Of a stretch of 64,000 bases of DNA, positions 58,068 through 64,000 are shown piece after piece. The stretch is from an uncultured Sediminispirochaeta sp. Lineage in GTDB: Bacteria > Spirochaetota > Spirochaetia > DSM-16054 > Sediminispirochaetaceae. The stretch's first letter is position 1. Each line of letters opens with the position of its first letter. A model generated the notes under the pieces. The model worked only from the letters and a program-made list of their open reading frames with translations, was not told the origin of the DNA and ran no database searches. A program made the position numbers and the translations under genes. The DNA is taken from NCBI GenBank assembly GCA_964504785.1, contig CAZDFY010000003.1, positions 25,595-89,594 on the forward strand. Direction: 5' to 3'.

Positions 58068-59104
58068 ATCAAGAAAATATTCAGGATAATGGTAGTAAAG
58101 GTCCATCTAAGAAACCTCAGAGTCAGGAGAATAAGTTTTTCCGGATGCTTCTTTACTTCTCCTTAGGGACCCTTGGAGTAGCGCTTTTAGCCGCAGTAGT
58201 TACATTTATTATTGCCCTGGAGGGGCATGAGGAGACAATGGTCCCTGATGTACGGGGGATGGAGCTGGCTAATGCAATAATTGAGCTTCAGGACAAGGGC
58301 CTGTACGGCAGAGTGCAGTTGAGGTATTCCAATAGATTATCAGATAAAGGTACCGTCCTTGGTCAGGAGCCGATATCGGGTGCAGTGGTGAAGGCAAAAA
58401 GTGAAGTGCTCCTGCGTGTAAGTAAGGGGGCTGCTGTAGAAAAGCTTGACAACTATGTCGGCTGGAATATCAATGAACTGGAAACTCATCTCAAAAGTTT
58501 AGAATCAGTATACGGTCCCTTACTCCAAATCAAAGAGCCTTATATACGGGTATATGATGAGTCTGAAGCCGGGACTATCCTTGAACAAAAACCATCCCCG
58601 GGAACAGAGCTGAGCGTTCTAACTGAGCTTGAGCTGGTTGTAAGCAAAGGACCGGAGGGGCAGATAACCGAGACAAAGGACTATACTGGAATGGAGTGGC
58701 GAAGTGCTCTTGGAGAAATAGTCTCTTCGGGACACCCTTTTGTATTTACCGTCACAGACCAGGATGAAGGAGAAGCCGGAACGGTAGTCTCCCAGAGTCC
58801 GGAACCGGGCAATGAGGTCCCGACTGAAACCCTGCGGCAGTTAACAATTTTGGCCCCTGAAGATATTGAAGAGGAGTACCGATTCGGCGTTATTGAACGA
58901 GATCTTCCGGAATATCCCGTCCCGGTACCGGTGCGAGTAGAATTGATTGGTACCAGCGGAGAAAAGGAACAACTTATCTCCTTTAGCTATAGAGGAGGGG
59001 TTTTAACCATTCCGTATCTTGAAGAGGTTGGTTCAACCCTGGTAATTCAGGTGGATGGAGAGGAAATTGTAAGGCACAGGGTACAAAAACGGGGCTTGGA
59101 TTAA
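58064..59104 (+). CDS. membrane-anchored PASTA-domain protein (no kinase or PBP domain)
   Basis: 346 aa. One TM helix, then PASTA-like units (VPDVRGMELANAIIELQDKGL...VLLRVSKG). ATGA overlap with fmt. Confidence 0.65.
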   Translation: MNQENIQDNGSKGPSKKPQSQENKFFRMLLYFSLGTLGVALLAAVVTFIIALEGHEETMVPDVRGMELANAIIELQDKGLYGRVQLRYSNRLSDKGTVLGQEPISGAVVKAKSEVLLRVSKGAAVEKLDNYVGWNINELETHLKSLESVYGPLLQIKEPYIRVYDESEAGTILEQKPSPGTELSVLTELELVVSKGPEGQITETKDYTGMEWRSALGEIVSSGHPFVFTVTDQDEGEAGTVVSQSPEPGNEVPTETLRQLTILAPEDIEEEYRFGVIERDLPEYPVPVPVRVELIGTSGEKEQLISFSYRGGVLTIPYLEEVGSTLVIQVDGEEIVRHRVQKRGLD

Positions 59105-59229
59105 CTAGGTCGAATTACCAGGAAGTCTAATTTTGGAAGTCTTATGACTCTCAAAATGAGACCCGGGTTAGGCTCAAATATTGACAGCCTGGAGTTAATT
59201 AGTTACTCTCATATTGAAGTATTACAAAT

Positions 59230-59300
59230 GCGAGCGTGGTGAAATGGTATCACGAAAGCTTCCCAAGCTTTAATTGGGGGTTCAATTCCCCTCGCTCGCT
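59230..59300 (+). tRNA. tRNA-Gly (anticodon CCC)
   Basis: Cloverleaf read by hand. Acceptor GCGAGCG/CGCTCGC, D-arm GTGA-AATGGTA-TCAC, anticodon arm AAAGC-TTCCCAA-GCTTT, T-arm GGGGG-TTCAATT-CCCCT, discriminator T. CCA is not encoded. Confidence 0.9.
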
Positions 59301-59368
59301 GTTTTTTACATTTCTATTTCACACTTCTAACATAATTCTCATCTGCAGTTTTTCCAAAACAGTGATAT

Positions 59369-59380
59369 TATAAATTTATA
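59369..59380. promoter_or_regulatory. perfect palindrome TATAAATTTATA upstream of the EFR1-like gene
   Basis: Lies 32 nt upstream of ATG 59413. The 12-mer ATAAATTTATAA (59370-59381) recurs at 61342-61353. Confidence 0.3.
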
Positions 59381-59412
59381 AAGACCCAATTTTTCTATTT
59401 TGCGGAGGCGGA

Positions 59413-60255
59413 ATGGCAGATAGGCGGATTTACTACTTTTCCGGTGCCGGGAACTCACTGGCGGTGGCCAAGAAGCTCTCCCAAGACCTCGATGCGAAGC
59501 TCCTTCCGATGAAGATGCTGCGGGGGAAGAACGGCGCCTCAGATGATGATGCCCAGCTTTTGGGTGAGGGGGCCTTGGGTAATTCTATTTTAGGCATTGT
59601 GTTCCCGGTCCATGGAGGCAGGCCTCCGAAGTATGTGGTCGAAGCACTAACTAATTTAGGCAATATTCAAAACACCTATCTGTTTGCGGTGTGCACCTAC
59701 GGAATTAGTCCGGGGCGAGCACTCCATCGGGTTGCGGCACTCCTCAATGCCCGCGGGGGACAGCTTTCTGCCGGTTTTGCAGTGGGAATGCCGCAGAGTG
59801 GGATCGGTTCTAAGCGCATCGGTGAGGCGAGGATGCAGTACCTCTGGAGTACCGGCCGGGAGAAAACCGCCGAGGTGTCCCGGTACCTGCAGGCGCAGAA
59901 AAGCGGAGTAATCGAATCGCAGAGTGCGTACGGACCGATGCTGAAAAAGGAAAACCTCAAAATGGTACCCTCGGTTTTCAAGATGCTGGGTAAAATGATC
60001 CGTTACGGCACAAAAGCACTGACGCAGATTGAGGATGAGAACTGTATCGGCTGCGGAACCTGTGCCTCCATCTGCCCGGTTGACAATATCCGCATGCAGA
60101 ACGAGCATCCAGTGTGGCTGGATCATTGCGTCGGCTGTTTCGGCTGTTACCACTGGTGTCCCCAGAGAGCAGTGAGCTTCGGCGGCCACGACATGGATAC
60201 CGTACCGTTTCACCATCCGGATGTAACCGTCGGCGATATGATAGGTCATATATGA
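59413..60255 (+). CDS. flavodoxin-like domain fused to a 2x[4Fe-4S] ferredoxin domain (EFR1-family-like)
   Basis: 280 aa. N-terminal YYFSGAGNS flavodoxin-like start and two CxxCxxCxxxCP motifs (CIGCGTCASICP, CVGCFGCYHWCP). Confidence 0.65.
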   Translation: MADRRIYYFSGAGNSLAVAKKLSQDLDAKLLPMKMLRGKNGASDDDAQLLGEGALGNSILGIVFPVHGGRPPKYVVEALTNLGNIQNTYLFAVCTYGISPGRALHRVAALLNARGGQLSAGFAVGMPQSGIGSKRIGEARMQYLWSTGREKTAEVSRYLQAQKSGVIESQSAYGPMLKKENLKMVPSVFKMLGKMIRYGTKALTQIEDENCIGCGTCASICPVDNIRMQNEHPVWLDHCVGCFGCYHWCPQRAVSFGGHDMDTVPFHHPDVTVGDMIGHI

Positions 60256-60337
60256 AAAAATCCCCCCGCTGCGGCGGCTGATGCTGACCTGTTTCAACAA
60301 GCCTTACAACCGCTATACTGCGGAGGGTTTCAATGCA

Positions 60338-60360
60338 CGGCAGCACATGTGATGCTGCCG
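60338..60360. other. 8-bp GC-rich hairpin in a convergent intergenic region
   Basis: CGGCAGCA-CATGTGA-TGCTGCCG, nested inside a longer pairing CGCTGCGGC (60267-60275) / GCCGCAGCG (60373-60381). Confidence 0.5.
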
Positions 60361-60424
60361 CTTCGAGCAGGGCCGCAGCGCTGAGTACAGCTCAGTACAG
60401 CCCCGGGCCCAGCAGCCGTCGGGC

Positions 60425-61318
60425 TTACGGAACCCACTCCTGTACGGCCTCGGGGTTGTTTTGTACCCACTCCTTGGCAACCTCATAGGCCTCTTTGTCG
60501 CTGTCATTCATCATACCCATTACCGTTCCCAGCTGTTGATCACTGAGCATAAAGTTTTCCAGGAATTCGGTTACATCCGGAAAATCTTTACGGAAATCGG
60601 TGTGGGCCACCGCCCAGGTGTTTTCCACCTCACCGTAGATCTTCTTCGGGTCTTCGAGAAACTTCAGGTCCCAGCGGGCGAACTTCCAGTGGGGCTTCCA
60701 GCCGGTTACTACAACCCATTCATTTTCTTCAATGGCCCCTTTCAGAGTGGCAGTCATGACCGGGCCGCTGGAGGCCTTCAGATCCAAATCGAGGCCGTAG
60801 TCCTCTATGGCCTGATTGGTAGTTTTCATTATGCCGGCGCCGGTATCGATCCCGACAATATCGCCGTTGAACTTATCCTTGTGGGTATTCAGCTCGGTAA
60901 TCGAATCGATCTCAACATATTCGGGCACTACTAAGCCGATGCGGGCCCCTTCGAAGGTCTCACTGATTTTCTCTAAATCTTCGCCGTACTCCTCCATATA
61001 AGTCTTATGGGTTACCGGCAGCCACGCATCTACGTATAAATCGTAGTCCTTCTGCGCGATGGATGAAAAAATAACGGCAATATCTGCATAGGTGGTTTCC
61101 ACCGTGTAGCCGAGCTCCTCCTCGAGGATTACTCTGACAATGTTGGTCATGGCAATGCTGTCGGTCCAGTTCACTATCCCAACTCGAATCTTCTTCTCCT
61201 GTTCGGCAGCCTCAGCATCCCCGTTCGTGTCGTTACCACAGGCGGACAGCAGTACCATCACTGCCAGGATAATTGTCAGAAAACTCAATACTTGCGTACT
61301 TCTTCCCTCAAAATTCAC
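60425..61318 (-). CDS. glycine betaine/osmoprotectant ABC transporter substrate-binding lipoprotein (OpuAC/ProX-like), no cognate permease or ATPase adjacent
   Basis: 297 aa. Lipobox LLSAC, IRVGIVNWTDSIAMTNIV. GTG start after GGAAGGAG. Confidence 0.75.
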   Translation of the reverse strand: MNFEGRSTQVLSFLTIILAVMVLLSACGNDTNGDAEAAEQEKKIRVGIVNWTDSIAMTNIVRVILEEELGYTVETTYADIAVIFSSIAQKDYDLYVDAWLPVTHKTYMEEYGEDLEKISETFEGARIGLVVPEYVEIDSITELNTHKDKFNGDIVGIDTGAGIMKTTNQAIEDYGLDLDLKASSGPVMTATLKGAIEENEWVVVTGWKPHWKFARWDLKFLEDPKKIYGEVENTWAVAHTDFRKDFPDVTEFLENFMLSDQQLGTVMGMMNDSDKEAYEVAKEWVQNNPEAVQEWVP

Positions 61319-61366
61319 TATGTGCTCCTTCCCTTCTACACATAAATTTATAATGTATATGGTTTA

Positions 61367-61395
61367 AGGATATTAAAAGCAGCACTGAACGTCAA
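61367..61395 (-). promoter_or_regulatory. candidate sigma70-type promoter of the OpuAC gene
   Basis: On the minus strand: TTGACG (61395-61390), 17-nt spacer, TATCCT (61372-61367). Confidence 0.4.
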
Positions 61396-61400
61396 ATTTG

Positions 61401-61425
61401 CTTGCCGCTACTATCTTGCCGCTAC
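61401..61425. repeat. perfect 11-nt direct repeat CTTGCCGCTAC-TAT-CTTGCCGCTAC abutting the -35 of the OpuAC promoter
   Basis: Copies at 61401-61411 and 61415-61425, read directly from the sequence. Confidence 0.7.
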
Positions 61426-61457
61426 CAGCCGGTTGTGATCAGCCAATAATGATAAGA

Positions 61458-61952
61458 TCAGATTTCATTTAAAGGTTCGAATATTCCCTTTTGCTTGTTT
61501 TTAATCACATCGTTCCAAGGAAAGACTTTTCCGTTCATCACCACATACACTCCGGGACCACTTAGTTGCACTGCCGTAAAACTGCATCCGAGATTAAACA
61601 CAGCGTCTGAATTACTAACCGAATATGGAATCATGGCGCCTGTTAATACAACGCATTTGGAAAGTCCGGCTTCTCCTATTACACGGGCGGTTTCCGTAAT
61701 AGTATCCGTACCGTGAATAATAATAATTTGGTCCTCCGGTGCCTTTCGACAAGAATCGAGTATGGAGAGTCTATTGGACATCTGCATATCGAGGCTATCG
61801 ACCAATTGATTGATCTCTAACTCAAAGGGAACAGTTGCTCTGACAATGCGTAAGATTTCCGGAAGATGGGTATCTTTAAAAGTAAGTTCTCCGAATAATT
61901 CATCGTAGTGCTTATCAAAGGTTCCGCCGGTTATCAAGATTCTTATTGACAT
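61458..61952 (-). CDS. single-domain asparaginase-family protein (N-terminal domain only)
   Basis: 164 aa. ILITGGTFDK (TGGT nucleophile loop) and IIHGTDT (HGTDT). Lacks the ~150-aa C-terminal domain of type I/II asparaginases. Confidence 0.65.
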   Translation of the reverse strand: MSIRILITGGTFDKHYDELFGELTFKDTHLPEILRIVRATVPFELEINQLVDSLDMQMSNRLSILDSCRKAPEDQIIIIHGTDTITETARVIGEAGLSKCVVLTGAMIPYSVSNSDAVFNLGCSFTAVQLSGPGVYVVMNGKVFPWNDVIKNKQKGIFEPLNEI

Positions 61953-62038
61953 GGATGCACTGTATCATAGTTTTTCTTTGACCGGCAAGCTTTGGAATCG
62001 CTGCGCACTTTTAGAGCCCAGCAGCCCTGAGCCATCAG

Positions 62039-62112
62039 CGATAGGCCGGCCGCCCAAGGGTAGGTAGAGAGCAAGTAGAGCTCAGCCGCCCAAGGCAGCC
62101 GCCCAAGGCCAG
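62039..62112. repeat. GC-rich repeats, core GCCGCCCAAGG (one isolated copy plus three tandem ~13-mers)
   Basis: 62039-62049 is the isolated copy. CAGCCGCCCAAGG occurs at 62073-62085 and 62086-62098, and a variant CCAGTCGCCCAAGG at 62099-62112. Confidence 0.75.
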
Positions 62113-62223
62113 TCGCCCAAGGGCGGCCATAAAAAATTCTTGCAAAAACAGAGAGGAGTTCTTGAACTCATTAATAAAAAGTTTTACCCTTTCCACGAAG
62201 CAAATAGAAACGGAAAGAACACC

Positions 62224-63048
62224 ATGAACAAAACGAACATTCAGCAGTGGATGCAAAACTATATTAACGCCTTTATGAACGGCGACGGGGAACATAATCG
62301 TAATATCACACTGAAGGCCGAGCATTCTAAGCGGGTGCGCAGGGAAATACACAGTCTCGGAACTGAACTTAGGCTTCATCGCCGCGACTTAGAATTGGCC
62401 GAAGTAATGGGTCTGTTGCACGACCTCGGTCGTTTTGAGCAGTTCGCCCGTTATCGAACTTTCCGTGACAGCCGTTCCGAGGACCATGCAGCCCTGGGGG
62501 TTAAGGTAATAAAGCAGTACAAACTTCTGGGTAACTACTCCTCCGCCGACCGCCGGCTCATCCTCACCGCTATTGCCCATCACAACAGGGCCCATATCCC
62601 CGACGACCAAGCACCACGACAGCTCCGGTTTACCCGCCTTCTGCGGGATGCCGACAAGCTGGACATATGGAAGGTGGTCACCGATCATTATGAAAAGTCC
62701 GCGGAGGCCGGAAATGCCGGCAACGGTGCAGTGGAACTCGGTTTGCCCGACACCCCGGGGGTCTCCGACGGTGTGTACCGCGACCTTATGCAGCGCCGTG
62801 TGGTCAAGTTTTCCCACATGCACAACCTCAACGACTTTAAACTGCTGCAGATCGGCTGGGTCTTTGACCTCAATTACACTCCCAGCCTTCGCCGGGTGTA
62901 CGCCCGGGGCTATCTCGATCGCATTAGGGCTGTTCTGCCGGATGACCCCAAGGTGGATGAAATCTATTCCAGTGTAAATTTATTTATAAAAAATGCTCTT
63001 CCAGTAGACGGCGGGCCCGCGGGGCAGGAGGTGCGGCTTGTCCTGTAG
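62224..63048 (+). CDS. HD-domain metal-dependent phosphohydrolase
   Basis: H...HDLGR...DADKLD motifs. ATG 62224 preferred; the track uses TTG 62140, so the start is uncertain. Confidence 0.65.
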   Translation: MNKTNIQQWMQNYINAFMNGDGEHNRNITLKAEHSKRVRREIHSLGTELRLHRRDLELAEVMGLLHDLGRFEQFARYRTFRDSRSEDHAALGVKVIKQYKLLGNYSSADRRLILTAIAHHNRAHIPDDQAPRQLRFTRLLRDADKLDIWKVVTDHYEKSAEAGNAGNGAVELGLPDTPGVSDGVYRDLMQRRVVKFSHMHNLNDFKLLQIGWVFDLNYTPSLRRVYARGYLDRIRAVLPDDPKVDEIYSSVNLFIKNALPVDGGPAGQEVRLVL

Positions 63049-63229
63049 GTGGTACTCCCTATGCCCTCTGCGCCGGCACGAGCGCCAGGGCAGCATCAGC
63101 CTGGGATGGAGAGAAGAGTACTGCAAGGGCGACTACCGCAGCTGCGAGCGCTTTAAGAAGGAGTCGGCGGGCATTCCCCACTCCGACTACCTGCTCCCAG
63201 ACGGCAGCTACCTTGAAAAAGAGAAATAA
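63038..63229 (+). CDS. small 4-Cys hypothetical protein
   Basis: 63 codons from TTG, overlapping the HD gene's stop by 11 nt. Cys pattern C-x5-C...C-x6-C (YCKGDYRSCERF). Codon composition matches its GC-rich neighbours. Confidence 0.35.
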   Translation: MSCRWYSLCPLRRHERQGSISLGWREEYCKGDYRSCERFKKESAGIPHSDYLLPDGSYLEKEK

Positions 63230-63291
63230 GGGCTCCTCTGCATGGGCCGTAAGCCCATTACCCGTAAAAGGGGCGAGGGCAGGGTCGAACT

Positions 63292-63507
63292 TTAGGACTC
63301 TTTGTCGCGGTCGGTTTTGGTAGAGATGTCCAGCAGCCGATAGAGCGGGCAGACCCCCGCTACGGCGGTAAACACCAGCACCACTGCGGCAATTCCCAGC
63401 AGCAGGGCCAGAATCGGATGAATATTGACGGTGATGTTCAACGCCACAATTGCTACCACCGCCAGTATTCGCATAACTTTGTCGGTTTTTCCCATATTTT
63501 CCTTCAT
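63292..63507 (-). CDS. DUF2892/YgaP-like small membrane protein
   Basis: 71 aa. Two TM helices and the C-terminal GVCPLYRLLDIST motif. Confidence 0.6.
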   Translation of the reverse strand: MKENMGKTDKVMRILAVVAIVALNITVNIHPILALLLGIAAVVLVFTAVAGVCPLYRLLDISTKTDRDKES

Positions 63508-63516
63508 CTTTTCTCC

Positions 63517-64000
63517 TTACAGCGGGCGTAGTTTGTCAGGCTCGGCGGCGCTGATCATGCCGCGGGCCAGAGCCAGCACCGGATCAACCAGCGGTACTCC
63601 CCCGAACTCTGTTCCGGGCAAGGCCAGGGGAATCTCGGTGCAGCCGGGAACCAGTACCTCCGCCCCGGCCTCTATGAGCTGTCGTGCATACCCTGCGAAG
63701 CGCCTGCGGGCGGTTTCACTGGCCGGGCTGACCGCTTTCAAGCCCCATTCACGGTGGTAGATTGCCTCATGCAGCGCTTCTTGATCATCTTCGGGCACTT
63801 CAATTACCTTGTAGCCTCTGCCTTCCAACAGGTGGTGCCACACACCGCTGCGGCGGGTACCGGTGGTCGACATCAGCCCAACGGTTTTTGCTTCCGGTGT
63901 GCGTTGCCGGATGAGCTCCAGAGTTTCCTCGAGCATGTGCACCAGTGTGAGGCCCGGCCCTAGCTGCCGCAGCTCTAGGGCACACTGTTCGTAGATAACC
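63517..64000 (-). CDS. aspartate/glutamate racemase family protein, N-terminus beyond window edge
   Basis: Second catalytic-Cys motif VPGCTEIPLAL. I checked that the reverse frame stays open from 63942 to 63997, so the gene continues past nt 64000. Confidence 0.7.
   Translation of the reverse strand, partial: VIYEQCALELRQLGPGLTLVHMLEETLELIRQRTPEAKTVGLMSTTGTRRSGVWHHLLEGRGYKVIEVPEDDQEALHEAIYHREWGLKAVSPASETARRRFAGYARQLIEAGAEVLVPGCTEIPLALPGTEFGGVPLVDPVLALARGMISAAEPDKLRPL

Noticed and set aside
59656-60300. 214-aa minus-strand ORF
   Set aside because: It is antisense to the EFR1-like gene, which carries two canonical CxxCxxCxxxCP motifs. No motif is present in the antisense product.
61319-61457. 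c-di-AMP (ydaO-type) or other riboswitch upstream of the OpuAC gene
   Set aside because: The predicted promoter leaves only a ~45-nt 5' UTR, and I see no conserved riboswitch-like helices. A covariance-model scan would be needed to exclude it formally.
62039-62112. Possible CRISPR array
   Set aside because: The repeats are only 11-14 nt and directly abutting, with no spacers. No cas genes are in the window.
62035-62379. 114-aa minus-strand ORF with an LGRL-type repeat
   Set aside because: Its repeat is just the translation of the GC-rich 13-mer array, and the rest is antisense to the HD gene's N-terminus.

Overview
Densely coding 64-kb chromosomal segment with about 60 protein genes and one tRNA-Gly(CCC). 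I see no rRNA, CRISPR array, transposase, integrase, phage gene or recognisable defence gene. The content is mostly housekeeping and suggests an anaerobic, signal-transduction-rich bacterium; the taxon cannot be fixed without a database search.

Gene order:
- 1-15.3 kb, mainly minus strand: membrane protein, D-Ala-D-Ala carboxypeptidase, FTR-like/glutaredoxin-like redox pair, FMN oxidoreductase, galE, phosphomannomutase, OsmC, YbeD-like protein, rRNA methyltransferase, glnS, PAS histidine kinase, GGDEF cyclase, two unknowns, rpiB.
- 15.5-21.8 kb: CheB-CheR-PAS fusion, hybrid histidine kinase, and a ferritin-like/VIT1 iron transporter that is translationally coupled to the kinase.
- 22.0-26.2 kb: sufC-B-D-U plus a DUF59 gene, with strikingly high GC.
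- 26.3-32.1 kb: ettA, PfkB kinase, cupin, HPr, ApbE/Ftp, Gx transporter.
- 32.2-42.1 kb: Ile/Leu-rich leader-like ORF followed by ilvB-ilvN-ilvC-cimA-leuA-leuC-leuD-leuB and a strong terminator.
- 42.2-59.1 kb: nfnAB-like pair, MTHFS, RlmD-like methyltransferase, cls, BNR/glycosidase-like exoprotein, cdaA-cdaR-acpS-DUF2225, truA, family-4 UDG, priA, def, fmt, PASTA-only protein.
- 59.2-64.0 kb: compositionally mosaic accessory-looking stretch after the tRNA: EFR1-like ferredoxin, orphan OpuAC, single-domain asparaginase, HD hydrolase, small 4-Cys protein, DUF2892, and an Asp/Glu racemase cut by the window edge.

I found no convincing multi-gene novel 'system' such as a defence island. The best leads are:
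- the leader-peptide-like ORF upstream of the ilv-leu operon;
- the MCP/CheA-less CheBR-hybrid kinase-VIT1 module;
- two 63-70% GC blocks (suf; 62.1-64 kb) inside a roughly 30-55% GC background;
- several short intergenic tandem repeats and palindromes.

All family assignments come from motifs read by eye, and DUF names are recalled from memory. No searches were run.
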